Sequence record: PP355768.1 | Length of the DNA: 64,000 nucleotides | Strand: one strand, 5' to 3' | Shown: positions 41,420 to 52,588 of the stretch, one piece after another | Position numbering within the stretch: position 1 is the stretch's first letter | Layout: every line of letters starts with the position of its first letter | Notes under the pieces: generated by a model | The model's input: only the letters and a program-made list of their open reading frames with translations | Told to the model about the DNA's origin: nothing | Databases searched by the model: none | Made by a program: the position numbers and the translations under genes

Positions 41420-41618
41420 GTGGGTAGAGGATAAGCAAAAGAAAACCCTACCCGGTTATGTATTTATCGGGGCGTGGATTGAAAACAACGTGACACTATG
41501 CGAAATGCTTAGCCCTAAATCGCTAGGCAGAACGGTAACAACTTTCCAAGCACTTTGCCGAGATTTCAATTGGGAAGGAAAGACCAAGAAGCTGTGCGAA
41601 CACTACGAGGTTAAATAA
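41355..41618 (+). CDS. Hypothetical protein
   Basis: Start refined to MKKITV; coupled to ligase A. Confidence 0.65.
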   Translation: MKKITVDAYSAPPLKFQAMTLEWVEDKQKKTLPGYVFIGAWIENNVTLCEMLSPKSLGRTVTTFQALCRDFNWEGKTKKLCEHYEVK

Positions 41619-42580
41619 TGCAACACGTTAAAGAATTTATCAAGCTGTGCCAAGACGCGTACTACAAAGGCATGTCGATTATCTCCGATGAAGAGTATGA
41701 TGCCTTAATCCGTCGTTTCCCGCTAGAGGAAGAAATTGGCCCTAAAGGGGATGTACCTCACCTATTCCGTATGTTCTCCCTGCAGAAAGTGTACCCAGGC
41801 CGCGGCGAAGAAGTACCCTTCCAGGGCATTGAAACGCCGAAGCTCGATGGCTGTGCTATTTCACTTCTGTATATCGATGGAAAGTTCGTTTCTGCGTTAA
41901 CCCGTGGTAACGGCGTCTTAGGTAATGATGTAACTCATAATGTGAAGTTACTGAACATCCCTAAACGGATCTCCCAAAAGACTCCGGTGCAGATTACTGG
42001 TGAAGTACACATCACCAAAGAAGTTGAAAATATGCGTAACTTCGCCTCTGGTGCTATTAACCTGAAAGATTCTGGGGAGTTTCTCTCCCGTATTGCGGAA
42101 GGTGGCCTGATGTTTACGGCATATAGTATTCAGTGTGAAACCGGCAAAGTTGGCCTGACCGCTACTTTCTGTGGAGATATGCATATCCTTCAGGGTGATG
42201 GTTTTGTTACCTGTCTGGATATCTCCAGCCGGGTAGATTGGTTCCCAACGGACGGCGTGGTGGTTCGTATGGACGGCAACAATCAGTTTAACGCAGCGGG
42301 TTGGACTAACAAGTTCCCCCGTGGTGCATACGCCATCAAAGAAGACGATGAGGGCGAGGTTACTACGCTAGAACGGGTAGAATGGCAAGTTGGGGCTTCC
42401 GGTAAGGTTACTCCTGTTGGATACTTCACCCCGGTAGTCATCGACGACGCTGTCATCTCAAAAGCTACTCTGAATAACGTTGGCTATATCACTGCCCTTG
42501 ACCTAGAAATCGGTTGCCAGATTCGTGTAATTCGTAGTGGTGGGGTCATCCCTCGCATCGTAGAACGCGTTTACGAGTAA
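41618..42580 (+). CDS. ligA: NAD-dependent DNA ligase, subunit A (adenylation/OB)
   Basis: PKLDG, TRGNG and DGVV motifs. Confidence 0.9.
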   Translation: MQHVKEFIKLCQDAYYKGMSIISDEEYDALIRRFPLEEEIGPKGDVPHLFRMFSLQKVYPGRGEEVPFQGIETPKLDGCAISLLYIDGKFVSALTRGNGVLGNDVTHNVKLLNIPKRISQKTPVQITGEVHITKEVENMRNFASGAINLKDSGEFLSRIAEGGLMFTAYSIQCETGKVGLTATFCGDMHILQGDGFVTCLDISSRVDWFPTDGVVVRMDGNNQFNAAGWTNKFPRGAYAIKEDDEGEVTTLERVEWQVGASGKVTPVGYFTPVVIDDAVISKATLNNVGYITALDLEIGCQIRVIRSGGVIPRIVERVYE

Positions 42581-42625
42581 CACTTGATTCAATAGATACA
42601 CCGTGATGATTTTTTAAAGTAGTTA

Positions 42626-42749
42626 TTGACATTTTCATCGCCAGGGTGTATACTATTATCATTCAGTTGAGGGAAAGAAATATTTGGTGAGAGACTGAGC
42701 TAAATTCTGAAAAATTTCGATTGCTTAGTCCTGATTTTCTTGCTATAAT
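42626..42749 (+). promoter_or_regulatory. Two tandem promoters before ligase B
   Basis: TTGACA-17-TATACT (42626-54) and TTGCTT-17-TATAAT (42721-49). Confidence 0.75.
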
Positions 42750-42779
42750 ATTTATATAAATTGATGAGGAAGAAAATCA

Positions 42780-43529
42780 ATGAAAATTGAAATTCCACTG
42801 AATTGCCCCTCTTGTGGTTCGAAACTGGACTTAGTTAACGATCAGTTGTTCTGCCGTAACAAGTCTATGTGTCCAGCTCAAGGCAGTAAATTAATAGAGA
42901 ACTTCTGCTCAAAGATGAAGTTAAAGGGCTTTGGCCCACAGACGATTGCTAAACTGGAGATCACAAAAGTTTCAGAACTCTTTTTCCTGACTAAAGAAGA
43001 TTTAGTCAGAGCTGTAGGTGATAAAGTCGCCACGAAACTTGAGCTAGAGTTGGAAACTAAGCTGAGACAAGATGTTGACTTTGGTTCGGTTCTTGGATCT
43101 CTTAGTATCCCTCTTATCGGTGAAGTTGCTGCTAAGAAATTATCCCAGCTTTACAACGATTTCCAATCTGTGAAAGCGGAAGGTAAAGCTGGAGAAAACT
43201 TAGCTTCGTGGAAGAATACACCGGCAGGACAGGACGTAATTAATCTACCATGGAAATTCAGTGGGGCGCGGGAAGCTCAAGTTACCCCGGCGACTGAATC
43301 CAACGGAGTTGTTCTTTGCATTACTGGTAAGCTCAACGACTTCAAAAATCGTGCAGATGCTACCAAATACCTGGAAAGTCTTGGATATACGGTGAAAACC
43401 TCCGTTACTAAGGCTGTAAACTACTTAATCTGCGAAGATGAAACCAAGATCGGTTCTTCTTCATACAAAAAAGCACAATCGCTGGGCATCGAAGTCTTGA
43501 CGATTAAAATTCTACTGGAGAATAAATAA
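42780..43529 (+). CDS. ligB: NAD-dependent DNA ligase, subunit B (Zn finger, HhH, BRCT)
   Basis: CPSC...C...C, HhH motifs, ITGKL BRCT. Confidence 0.9.
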   Translation: MKIEIPLNCPSCGSKLDLVNDQLFCRNKSMCPAQGSKLIENFCSKMKLKGFGPQTIAKLEITKVSELFFLTKEDLVRAVGDKVATKLELELETKLRQDVDFGSVLGSLSIPLIGEVAAKKLSQLYNDFQSVKAEGKAGENLASWKNTPAGQDVINLPWKFSGAREAQVTPATESNGVVLCITGKLNDFKNRADATKYLESLGYTVKTSVTKAVNYLICEDETKIGSSSYKKAQSLGIEVLTIKILLENK

Positions 43530-43531
43530 AA

Positions 43532-44290
43532 ATGGCTAAATTAACCTGGAACGAAGAAATCACTGCATCCCTGACCGCTAAAGCTAACGCTCTGAACGCG
43601 ACCGTTATCTCTCAGGAAGCTGTTGCTAACATCGCTGCTGAACTGGCTGCTGAAACCGGCAAAGAAGTTACCGCCCGTTCGGTTGGTTCTAAACTGCGTA
43701 AAGAAGGCTTCGAAGTACAGAAAGCATCCGACGTAACCAAATCTCCGTGGACTCCGGGTCAGGAAGATGAACTGGTTGCATTCCTGAACGATCATCCGGG
43801 TCAGTATACCTACGCTGAAATCGCTGCTGCTGTAGTTGGTGGTGCTTATACCGCTAAACAAGTACAGGGTAAAATCCTGAGCCTGGAACTGACCGCTGCT
43901 GTTAAGCCGACTGAAAAGGCCGCTGCTGTACGTAGCTTTAGCCCGGACCAGGAAGCTGCTTTCATTAACGCCGTTGCCAGTGGCGCGTCCGTTGAAGCAA
44001 TCGCTGCTCAGTTCGAACGTACCGTTAAGCAGATCCGTGGTAAAGCTCTGAGCCTGCTGCGTGAAGGCCGTATCGAAGCTATGCCGGTTCAGGAAGTCTC
44101 TAATGCTAAGGCACGTGAAGACGTTCTGGAAGGTCTGAATATCGCCGATATGACCGTTGCTGAGATCGCAGAAGCAACTGGTAAATCCGAGCGTGGTGTT
44201 AAGTCTATGCTGAGCCGCCGTGGTATCTCTGCTAAGGATCACGATGGTGTTGCTAAGCGCGCTAAACTTGACGCTAAATCCGCCAAGTAA
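43532..44290 (+). CDS. D5: D5 DNA-binding protein
   Basis: Repeated HTH-like units, T5 synteny. Confidence 0.8.
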   Translation: MAKLTWNEEITASLTAKANALNATVISQEAVANIAAELAAETGKEVTARSVGSKLRKEGFEVQKASDVTKSPWTPGQEDELVAFLNDHPGQYTYAEIAAAVVGGAYTAKQVQGKILSLELTAAVKPTEKAAAVRSFSPDQEAAFINAVASGASVEAIAAQFERTVKQIRGKALSLLREGRIEAMPVQEVSNAKAREDVLEGLNIADMTVAEIAEATGKSERGVKSMLSRRGISAKDHDGVAKRAKLDAKSAK

Positions 44291-44302
44291 TTGATTTGAC
44301 CT

Positions 44303-44342
44303 GAGGGGAGAGGAATTTTGTTCCTCTCCCCTTTTTCGTTTA
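44303..44342 (+). terminator. Rho-independent terminator
   Basis: AGGGGAGAGGAA/TTCCTCTCCCCT followed by a T-run. Confidence 0.85.
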
Positions 44343-44374
44343 AGTAGACGCTAACGCGGCGTAGAGAGTATCTT

Positions 44375-45853
44375 ATGTATAACGTCCAAGCAGTAGTTTT
44401 GAAAATGCTCCTAGCCTCCGATCAAAAGCAGGTGGCTCTAGAGACATTCTCTAGACTGCGCAAAGATCACTTCAATGACGCATTTACCGCGATCTACCAA
44501 GCTGTCCAGAATTATTACAAAAAGCATAACGGAATGCCTTCGTTAGATGCTCTAATGCTAGAGTCTAACAGAAACGCAAGGTTGTCTCAAGCACTAACTG
44601 TTTTAGCAAACACTCAGATTCCAGACGTTGACATATCGCATGCGATTCATGTCCTAGAGTCGGAATATACACAGGATCTATTCCTGAATCTGCTAGAAAC
44701 TGATGTGTTGCAGGATATTACCATACTGGATCAGGGAGAATTACTTGATCGAGTAGCGGCTCTGCACATGAAGCTAGAGGAAAGAGTAACAACGACTGGT
44801 AAGGTCTTCAACGCCGATACTATGCGTGTTTTCAAGAGAAAAGAAGACTCCATGTTAAATCTTATCTCTCTCGGCATCTCAAACGAATTTGATGCTCAAC
44901 TTGGCGGAATTGCCAGAAAAGAAACACTGCTACTCGGTGGATGGCGTGGTACAGGTAAATCAATCATCTGTTCTAACATTCAAGTAGCCCAGTATTACAA
45001 CGGGGATATCGCCCCATATTTCTCCATCGAAATGCCAGAGAATGAGGTCTTTAGACGTAACCTAGCCATTATGGCTGGTGTTTCCGCTAAGGCTATGCGC
45101 AACGACTCCTTACAAGGTATTGAACTTAACAAACTTGCGAAGACTCGTGCAAAAATGTTCGAAGGTGGTCTGGAAGTATATAACGATTTTGTATCACGTT
45201 ATACGCTCAACGAGATGAGTGACTTTCATGATATGGAGACTATGCTAATGCAGGAAAGGCCCCTGCACACTCCGATGATCATTGTGTATGATCCGGAACT
45301 TAGTACAGCAACCATCGATGTTGAACTAACTAAGCTAACCTCCAAGTATGGGGACAAGGTAACAATCGCCCTGCTAGACTATATCAACCAGGTACGTTTG
45401 CCGGATACGAAGACATTAGATATGTACGACTGGAAGCAGCAGATGGTTGTCTCCTCTACATTCAAGTCTACGTGCCAAAAGCATAACGTTGCTGGTGTAG
45501 CTCCTTATCAGATTGACCAACAGGGTAACGCCCGTATGGCAAGAGGTATTCTCGATTCCTGTGATATGGCTGCAAATCTAAATGCTGCTAAACAGAACGA
45601 GGGGCATGACGGTGCAATCAAGTTTGACTTCGTAAAAACCCGTAACTCCGAGGGTATGACATTCATGCCGAAGATCAATTGGAACTCACTGCGTATGGAT
45701 CAGACTTCTGATCTTAAACTAGAGGACATTCGTCAGATGGAAGCAGAGTTTGTTATCCCACTTGAAAGTGATAAACCGAAAGACAAACCAAAAAGGAAAA
45801 AGGCTTCGGATGAGGATACTAATCCCACCGGAGAATCCTCAAGAGACTTATGA
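44375..45853 (+). CDS. Replicative DnaB-like helicase
   Basis: GWRGTGKS, FSIEM and LDYI motifs. Confidence 0.85.
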   Translation: MYNVQAVVLKMLLASDQKQVALETFSRLRKDHFNDAFTAIYQAVQNYYKKHNGMPSLDALMLESNRNARLSQALTVLANTQIPDVDISHAIHVLESEYTQDLFLNLLETDVLQDITILDQGELLDRVAALHMKLEERVTTTGKVFNADTMRVFKRKEDSMLNLISLGISNEFDAQLGGIARKETLLLGGWRGTGKSIICSNIQVAQYYNGDIAPYFSIEMPENEVFRRNLAIMAGVSAKAMRNDSLQGIELNKLAKTRAKMFEGGLEVYNDFVSRYTLNEMSDFHDMETMLMQERPLHTPMIIVYDPELSTATIDVELTKLTSKYGDKVTIALLDYINQVRLPDTKTLDMYDWKQQMVVSSTFKSTCQKHNVAGVAPYQIDQQGNARMARGILDSCDMAANLNAAKQNEGHDGAIKFDFVKTRNSEGMTFMPKINWNSLRMDQTSDLKLEDIRQMEAEFVIPLESDKPKDKPKRKKASDEDTNPTGESSRDL

Positions 45854-46734
45854 GTAGAATAACCGAGCTTTTAGATCTCAAAGGGATTGAATACAGAGAT
45901 ACGGGTGGGGACATCCTCATCCGCTGTCTCAATCCTGATCATGAGGATGCTCATCCTAGTTTGCGTGTTGACCCCGATTCCGGGGTTTTTCACTGCCTAA
46001 GCTGCGGATTTGGTCGTGGTATACCAAGCATCTTTCATTACTTCAATGAAGAACAGTACAGGACGTCTCCTAGACTCCTGAAAGTTCGCAGAATGATTAG
46101 TGACCTCCGAACTGAGGGTCGCAGTCTAGAAATTCCAGAATCAGCCATGATATTCGACCAGGATTTTCGTGGTATCAAAGCAGAGACTTTCAAAAAGTAC
46201 TTTGCATTCCAACAAACAGAGGACTGGGAAGGTCGTGTAGTGTTTCCTATTACGGATGCCGTAGGGAGAAACTTATTCTTCTTAGGCCGTAATATGGATA
46301 GCTCTGCCCCTCCGAAATATATGATTAGACCTAAGAAGGTCTCCCCACCAATCTTCCCTGTTCGATATAACACCCCAGCTTTAATCTTAGTCGAAGGTAT
46401 ATTCGACATGTTAAATCTAGAAGATAAAGGTTGCCATAATGTTTCCTGCTGTTTTGGTACCCACCAGTTCTCCCTAGATAACATAGCCGACAAGTTCATG
46501 CCGTTCCAAATCGCAGGTACGACTCACGTAGTCATCATATTGGATAATGATAAGTCCGGTAATGAGGCGGCTAAGAAGTTGGCCAAATTAATCCGTGATA
46601 AGACTAGAATTATACCAATTATAGGTAACTTCTTGCTTCCAGAGGGCAAAGACCCTGGAGATCTAGATGCTGAAGAAGTCGACCAGCTCATCAGAAACGT
46701 AGAAATCTTGATTGCCGAACATGTCAAGATTTGA
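45850..46734 (+). CDS. pri: DNA primase
   Basis: N-terminal Zn finger; EGIFD and LDND TOPRIM motifs. Confidence 0.9.
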   Translation: MSRITELLDLKGIEYRDTGGDILIRCLNPDHEDAHPSLRVDPDSGVFHCLSCGFGRGIPSIFHYFNEEQYRTSPRLLKVRRMISDLRTEGRSLEIPESAMIFDQDFRGIKAETFKKYFAFQQTEDWEGRVVFPITDAVGRNLFFLGRNMDSSAPPKYMIRPKKVSPPIFPVRYNTPALILVEGIFDMLNLEDKGCHNVSCCFGTHQFSLDNIADKFMPFQIAGTTHVVIILDNDKSGNEAAKKLAKLIRDKTRIIPIIGNFLLPEGKDPGDLDAEEVDQLIRNVEILIAEHVKI

Positions 46735-46801
46735 TATAATAATTGGGTAAGTTTGAGAAGAAACACTGACGTTTTACTTGCTTACCTAATAGGAGAAATC
46801 A

Positions 46802-49372
46802 ATGAAAATTGCAGTTGTAGACAAATCACCGAATAACGTCCGCTATCAGAAACACTTCGAACTCTTCGACCATGAGGTTGAGACCTTCTTCATGGCTAGT
46901 GAGAAAGTAACCGGGCGACTGCTCAAGAAACATATCACTATCGGAACACCGGAGAACCCGTTCAATCCGGAAGATTTTGATTACGTTATTCTGGTAGGTG
47001 CAGACCCGTTCTTGAAGTTTGCAGCTAAGAAAGGCATTTCCGATTACTCAGGTAAACGTGTTGAGCACGATGGGTACGCTAACTGGATTGCAAGTATCAG
47101 TCCGGCCCAGCTCCACTTTAAACCGGAAATGAAGCCTGTATTTGAAGCCACAGTAGAGAGCATTCATGCCATTCTCAATGGTCGTGAAAAACGCTCCAAA
47201 GCAGGTGATTACCGCCCGATTCAGTGCCCGGATGAAGCCGAAGCATACGTGAAGATGGTGTATACCATGTGTCCCGGTATGATCGCATACGACTCCGAAA
47301 CCAGTGCGCTGTATTGCCGAGATGGTTACATGTTGGGGATCTCAATCTCCCACCAAGAGTACCAGGGCGTGTATATTGATGCAGACGTCATCACAGAAAA
47401 TACCGTCTATTACTTACAGAAGCTGTTCGATAGTCCGGAACATGGCGTTGTGTTCCATAACTTGAAGTTTGATATGCACTTCTACTGTTATCATTTAGGT
47501 CTATCCTTTGATAAGGCAGCAGAAGAGAAACGCCTCCACGATACCATGCTGATGCACTACGCCCTAGATGAACGACGTGGTACACACGGTTTGAAATCTT
47601 TGGCGATGAAGTATACCGATATGGGGGATTACGATTTTGAACTCGACCAGTTCAAGGAGACGTATTGCAAGACGCATAAGATCAAGAAAGAGGATTTCTC
47701 TTATGATCTCATTCCGTTTGATATCATGTGGCCTTACGCAGCGAAGGATACCGATGCAACACTGCGTCTATCCAATTTCTTCCTGCCAAAAGTCGAAGCT
47801 AACCCTCGACTGAAATCCCTGTATTATGACGTACTGATGCCGGGATGTGTATTCCTGCAGCGTATGGAAGACCGTGGTGTGCCGATCTCCAAAGATCGTC
47901 TGAAAGAGGCTCAGGTTCAGTTAATGACTGCGCTACAGCTTGCAAAAGCTAAGCTGTATGAGTATCCAGAAGTTCGTAAGCTAGAGGAAGATCAGGGCTC
48001 AGTATTTAACGCAGCCTCTGTTGTCCAGCTTCGTAAGCTCCTGTTCGATTATGTTGGCTTAACCCCAACTGGTATCATGACAGATACGGGTGCAGATTCC
48101 ACTGGCGCAGATGCCCTGAAAGAACTCTCAGACCAACATCCGATAGCTAAGACTCTGCTAGAGATTCGTAAGATCTCCAAGCTGCTCTCGACGTATATCG
48201 AGAAGATGCTGATCAGTATCGATGCTGACGGTTGCATTCGTACTGGATTCCATATCCATATGACTACCTCCGGTCGTCTGAGTTCGTCTGGTAAGCTGAA
48301 CCTTCAACAGTTACCTCGTGATGAGTCTGTTATTAAAGGTTGTATTGTTGCCCCTATCGGTTATCGCATTATCGCATGGGACTTAACAACTGCTGAGATC
48401 TACTATGCCGCTGTACTGTCTGGTGACATTAACATGCAGCAAGTGTTTATCAACATGCAGAACGACCCGGAAAACTACTCGGACTTCCACGGTTCGATTG
48501 CACACATGGTGTTTGCTCTGCCGTGTAAACCGACTGAGGTTAAAAAGCTGTATCCTGCACTGCGTCAGGCTGCAAAAGCGATTTCGTTTGGTATTCTTTA
48601 CGGTTCTGGCCCAGCTAAAGTAGCAGCATCAGTAAACGAAGCTCTCCTAGAAGAGCACATGAAGACTGGTAAACCGTACACCGAATGTACCACCGGTGAT
48701 GCGAAAGAGTATATCGAAACCTACTTTGGCCGATTCCCTCAGCTTAAGAAATGGATCGATAAATCTCATGCCCAGATCCAGACTAACGGCTTCATCTACA
48801 GCCACTTTGGCCGTAAGCGTCGTCTGCACAACATTAACTCCGAAGACCGTGGTGTACAGGGTGAAGAACTGCGTTCTGGTTTCAACGCCATCATTCAGTC
48901 TGCATCTTCTGATAGTCTCCTGCTGGGTGCTATTGATACCGATAACGAGATTCGTTCTCTAGGTCTGCAGGACGAAATGAAGATTATCATGCTGGTTCAC
49001 GACTCCGTGGTTGCCATTGTTCGTGAGGATTTAGTTGATCAGTACAACGAGATGCTAATCCGTAACATTCAGGTAGACCGTGGTATTAGTATTCCTGGCT
49101 GTCCTATTGGTATCGACTCCGACTCAGAGGCTGGCGGTTCTCGTGATTACTCCTGTGGTAAAATCAAGAAACAGCGTCCTTCTGTTGCTTGCATTGAGGA
49201 CAAGGAGTTTGAGGAGAAAGTACGTAGTATTATCGGTATGGAGGATTTCGATTACGCTGCTATTGCGGCTAACGATGAAAACCACCCTGATCACGATAAG
49301 TACGCCAATATTAAGTTCTTGCCGGAAATCAGCAAAGATATTGTCAACGTTCGCAGGGTTCTTGGTGCTTAA
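46802..49372 (+). CDS. pol: DNA polymerase (family A)
   Basis: DSET exonuclease motif; DLTTAE, RQAAKAISFGILYG and VHDS; no intein or intron. Confidence 0.95.
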   Translation: MKIAVVDKSPNNVRYQKHFELFDHEVETFFMASEKVTGRLLKKHITIGTPENPFNPEDFDYVILVGADPFLKFAAKKGISDYSGKRVEHDGYANWIASISPAQLHFKPEMKPVFEATVESIHAILNGREKRSKAGDYRPIQCPDEAEAYVKMVYTMCPGMIAYDSETSALYCRDGYMLGISISHQEYQGVYIDADVITENTVYYLQKLFDSPEHGVVFHNLKFDMHFYCYHLGLSFDKAAEEKRLHDTMLMHYALDERRGTHGLKSLAMKYTDMGDYDFELDQFKETYCKTHKIKKEDFSYDLIPFDIMWPYAAKDTDATLRLSNFFLPKVEANPRLKSLYYDVLMPGCVFLQRMEDRGVPISKDRLKEAQVQLMTALQLAKAKLYEYPEVRKLEEDQGSVFNAASVVQLRKLLFDYVGLTPTGIMTDTGADSTGADALKELSDQHPIAKTLLEIRKISKLLSTYIEKMLISIDADGCIRTGFHIHMTTSGRLSSSGKLNLQQLPRDESVIKGCIVAPIGYRIIAWDLTTAEIYYAAVLSGDINMQQVFINMQNDPENYSDFHGSIAHMVFALPCKPTEVKKLYPALRQAAKAISFGILYGSGPAKVAASVNEALLEEHMKTGKPYTECTTGDAKEYIETYFGRFPQLKKWIDKSHAQIQTNGFIYSHFGRKRRLHNINSEDRGVQGEELRSGFNAIIQSASSDSLLLGAIDTDNEIRSLGLQDEMKIIMLVHDSVVAIVREDLVDQYNEMLIRNIQVDRGISIPGCPIGIDSDSEAGGSRDYSCGKIKKQRPSVACIEDKEFEEKVRSIIGMEDFDYAAIAANDENHPDHDKYANIKFLPEISKDIVNVRRVLGA

Positions 49373-49862
49373 CTTTAGCTTACCAGTATATGCTTTAAGG
49401 GCTTATGATGTACTCTTCCAAGAGGGGGAGTACATTGTTATCCAGACGAGATTTACAAGGTATGTGCTGGACAATCCAAGCCTTCCTGGGACATTCTCTC
49501 AGCGAAGGCTTTTTCTTTATGGTGAGCGGGAAAATTTACCTTATAAGCTCTATCCTTTAAAGAAACAGTTCAAGTACTTATCTCAAATAATAAATTCTGG
49601 ACTAAAGCATTTCATCGACTCCACAGGTAAGATAGTAACATGGAAACCTACAACTTATTATAACATTATCACAGAACGCGTTAGAGGATCAACTAGAATC
49701 TTCAACGGAAAGTACCAGTGTTATGTCAAGAACGTTCCATATCCTTTCTTACTTAGTGAACCTGCCAACTATATTTCCTACGCGTTGGTTCGCGGTTCAC
49801 CAGTTATTTTTGACACGCACGAAGAGGAGCCAGAAACTCCTAGACTTAGAGTTAAGATATGA
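49365..49862 (+). CDS. Hypothetical protein
   Basis: Probable GTG start overlapping the pol stop; upstream part of the track ORF is a pol shadow. Confidence 0.7.
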   Translation: MLNFSLPVYALRAYDVLFQEGEYIVIQTRFTRYVLDNPSLPGTFSQRRLFLYGERENLPYKLYPLKKQFKYLSQIINSGLKHFIDSTGKIVTWKPTTYYNIITERVRGSTRIFNGKYQCYVKNVPYPFLLSEPANYISYALVRGSPVIFDTHEEEPETPRLRVKI

Positions 49863-51217
49863 AGATAGTTATATCTAATAAAATCTATTGTAAACCCAGC
49901 AACGAATTGTGGGAATACTTATTAAAACACACTTCATACCAGATCTTTAAACCTGGGGCGAAGTACCCTCTAATGTTCCAGAACTCAGGATCGGTAGGTA
50001 AAGAAATCAAGTGGTTCCCCGTAACCAGATTAGATCTCCTAGAATCTTTCGGACAAAAAGTGACAGAGATCGTGGATAAACGTACTCTGGCTCCTGTGGA
50101 TATTCCAAAGCCATCGTTTACCCTGAGACCAGGGGATCAGCTCCCTATATATGAAGACTGTAACGATACGTGCATTATTAATGGTAAGCCTGGGTTCGGT
50201 AAAACGATCCTTGCTCTTGCTATCGCCCATAAACTTGGGCAAAAAACGTTAGTTATATGTACCAATACTACCATTCGAGCTATGTGGGAGAAGGAGGTAC
50301 GCAAGTTCTTTGGGATTGAGCCAGGAGTCATTGGGTCGGGCAAATTTAATATCGATTCCCCTATCGTTATTAGTAATATACAGACAGTTAACAAACACGG
50401 AGCCGCTTTGGCAAAAGAATTCGGCACCGTTATTGTTGACGAAGTGCATCACTGCGTTGCCACCACGTTTACCAAGTTTCTAGAGCAGTCTTCGGCACGA
50501 TATAAAATCGGGCTATCCGGTACATTAAAACGTAAGGATGGGCTACAGGTTATGTTTAAGGACTATTTTGGAACGAAAGTGTATAGTCCTCCGGTAAATA
50601 ACACTCTGCCACCTACTATCCATAGGTTTGCGCTAAAAACGCAGGTTTCTGGAAATATGAATGTGCCGTGGGCGATAAGAGCTAACGATGTGTATTCGCA
50701 GCCAGAATACTTTCAACAGGTTGTTGACTTGTGCGAGTTATATTCGATGGCAGGTCATAAAGTCCTGTTTGTGTCCGATCGTATAGATCTGATCGAGAGA
50801 GTTACGAATGCTTTGGAACTCAGGGGTGTGAAGACCTACACGATCACCGGAGTAACTTCGCTCGATGATAGGGAGCAGGTACAGATTGACGTGACCAATG
50901 ACGGTCCGTGTGTATTAGCGGCTTCCCAAAGCATCTTCTCGGAGGGTGTATCATTAAATGCTTTATCGTGTTTAGTGTTAGGCTCTTTAATAAATAACGA
51001 ATCTCTAATCGAACAGTTGGCAGGTCGTGTCCAACGTATGGCAGATGATAAGTTAGACCCAATCCTCGTGGATCTGAAGCTAGGAGGTGTAGGATTTAAG
51101 CAGGCGGCGGGTAGAGAAGCGGTATATCGTCTCAATGGGTGGGAAGTTCTTGACTTTAACGAGAAGAATATGGCAAACTTAGATAAAATTCTGTTTGCTA
51201 AGAACCCCAAAGTTTGA
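49859..51217 (+). CDS. D10: D10 SF2 helicase
   Basis: PGFGKT, DEVHH, SGT and QLAGRVQR motifs. Confidence 0.9.
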   Translation: MKIVISNKIYCKPSNELWEYLLKHTSYQIFKPGAKYPLMFQNSGSVGKEIKWFPVTRLDLLESFGQKVTEIVDKRTLAPVDIPKPSFTLRPGDQLPIYEDCNDTCIINGKPGFGKTILALAIAHKLGQKTLVICTNTTIRAMWEKEVRKFFGIEPGVIGSGKFNIDSPIVISNIQTVNKHGAALAKEFGTVIVDEVHHCVATTFTKFLEQSSARYKIGLSGTLKRKDGLQVMFKDYFGTKVYSPPVNNTLPPTIHRFALKTQVSGNMNVPWAIRANDVYSQPEYFQQVVDLCELYSMAGHKVLFVSDRIDLIERVTNALELRGVKTYTITGVTSLDDREQVQIDVTNDGPCVLAASQSIFSEGVSLNALSCLVLGSLINNESLIEQLAGRVQRMADDKLDPILVDLKLGGVGFKQAAGREAVYRLNGWEVLDFNEKNMANLDKILFAKNPKV

Positions 51218-51415
51218 TATAATATTTATATTGAATTGAGAGACAGATTTACAAAGAAGAGTTAAGCAAATAGTTAAAAATTTCAGTTGCTGAGTCCTCA
51301 AAAATACGATATAATATCTGTATAAATTAATGGGAACAGCAACTGAATCTTCGGAAAGTCCGAAGCAGAAAAATAAAAAACTTAGTTGCTAAATTCTCTC
51401 AAAATGGTGTATAAT
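51195..51415 (+). promoter_or_regulatory. Three tandem promoters
   Basis: TTGCTA-17-TATAAT (51195), TTGCTG-17-TATAAT (51287), TTGCTA-18-TATAAT (51386). Confidence 0.7.
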
Positions 51416-51419
51416 AATC

Positions 51420-51773
51420 ATGTTGTTTTATGATTACGAAAAAATTTACATATTAGCGCGAGGTAACTCATCGCTGATTGTACAGATTATCAGACGAATG
51501 GTTGAAGATCCCGAAGCTCATGTGATGTTAACGGGTAGATCATTTATCTTGAACGAAGATACAATCGTTTATAACAAACGAAAGCTGTCAGACCGACAGT
51601 TGGCTGAGTATCTAGGACTTTTGAGTTTTAGAAACTATGCCGAATATAGCTTCTCGAAGGATTCTTCACTGGATATGCAATATATCCCGCCGTGGGTTCC
51701 TAGAGCAGTTATCGAGCACCACCCACTAATCGCAATCAACAAGTCAAAATTGACATTTATCGAGGAAAAATAA
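51420..51773 (+). CDS. Hypothetical protein
   Basis: 117 aa. Confidence 0.75.
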   Translation: MLFYDYEKIYILARGNSSLIVQIIRRMVEDPEAHVMLTGRSFILNEDTIVYNKRKLSDRQLAEYLGLLSFRNYAEYSFSKDSSLDMQYIPPWVPRAVIEHHPLIAINKSKLTFIEEK

Positions 51774-51775
51774 AT

Positions 51776-52549
51776 ATGGCTACTAAATCTTGGGGTTCTA
51801 CTACTGGCGGTTCTAACGGCGACAAACTGGACTACATGAAGTTCAACAACGGTAAGAACGTTGTACGTATCGTTTCCGGCGTTCTCCCGCGTTATGTGTA
51901 CTGGATTCAGAACAAAGAAGGTAAACCGGCTCCGTTCGAGTGCCTGCGTTTCGACCGTGAGAAAGAGCGTTTCATCCGTGGAGCATCCGATCCGGTTCAC
52001 GACATGGGCTTCAAAGATCCGGAGAAGAAAGATGGTAAGGCTCAGCCGCTGCGTCCTAAGAAAAACTACCTGGCCGTTGTTATCGACCGTACTGATAACA
52101 AACTGAAGCTGATGGAAGTTAAGGCAACCATCCTGACTGGTATCCACTCCATCATGGCCCAGCTGAATCTGGAAGATCCGGGTGAGATCGATATCACTAT
52201 CTCCAAATCTGGTACTGGCTTCGATACCAAGTACGATGTACAGCAGATCGCTGCAATGCAGTTCCAGATGGCTAAAAATCAGCCGGGTTCTAAAGAGGCC
52301 GCCCTGCATGAAGCCGACGTTGCTCTGATTGGTGAGGCTCTGTACAACGAAGCGGACGAATTCGAAGGCTTCGAAAAAGTGCCTAAACTGGATGTTACCT
52401 ACCCGGTTCCGTCCTATGATGAGCAGAAGAAAGCAATCCAGGCATGGCTGGAAGGTAAGAAAGATGAGGAGGGCGATGAATCTAAAGGTAACGAAGGTTC
52501 CGCGAACTCCGGTAACATCGATCACGAAGCAGCTTCTGACCTCGATTAA
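51776..52549 (+). CDS. D11: D11 single-stranded DNA-binding protein
   Basis: gp32-like organisation with acidic tail; T5 synteny. Confidence 0.8.
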   Translation: MATKSWGSTTGGSNGDKLDYMKFNNGKNVVRIVSGVLPRYVYWIQNKEGKPAPFECLRFDREKERFIRGASDPVHDMGFKDPEKKDGKAQPLRPKKNYLAVVIDRTDNKLKLMEVKATILTGIHSIMAQLNLEDPGEIDITISKSGTGFDTKYDVQQIAAMQFQMAKNQPGSKEAALHEADVALIGEALYNEADEFEGFEKVPKLDVTYPVPSYDEQKKAIQAWLEGKKDEEGDESKGNEGSANSGNIDHEAASDLD

Positions 52550-52556
52550 TCCAAAC

Positions 52557-52586
52557 AAGGGGAGCTTCGGCTCCCTTTTATTTTGA
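52557..52586 (+). terminator. Rho-independent terminator
   Basis: GGGAGC-TTCG-GCTCCC followed by a T-rich tail. Confidence 0.8.
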
Positions 52587-52588
52587 CT

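Noticed and set aside
41618-43529. Split NAD-dependent DNA ligase as a novelty
   Set aside because: The two-subunit ligase is an established T5 feature
40054-52558. Long antisense ORFs (40054-40839, 43541-44242, 51635-52558) and similar shadows over nrdA and pol
   Set aside because: Mirror frames of strongly codon-biased genes
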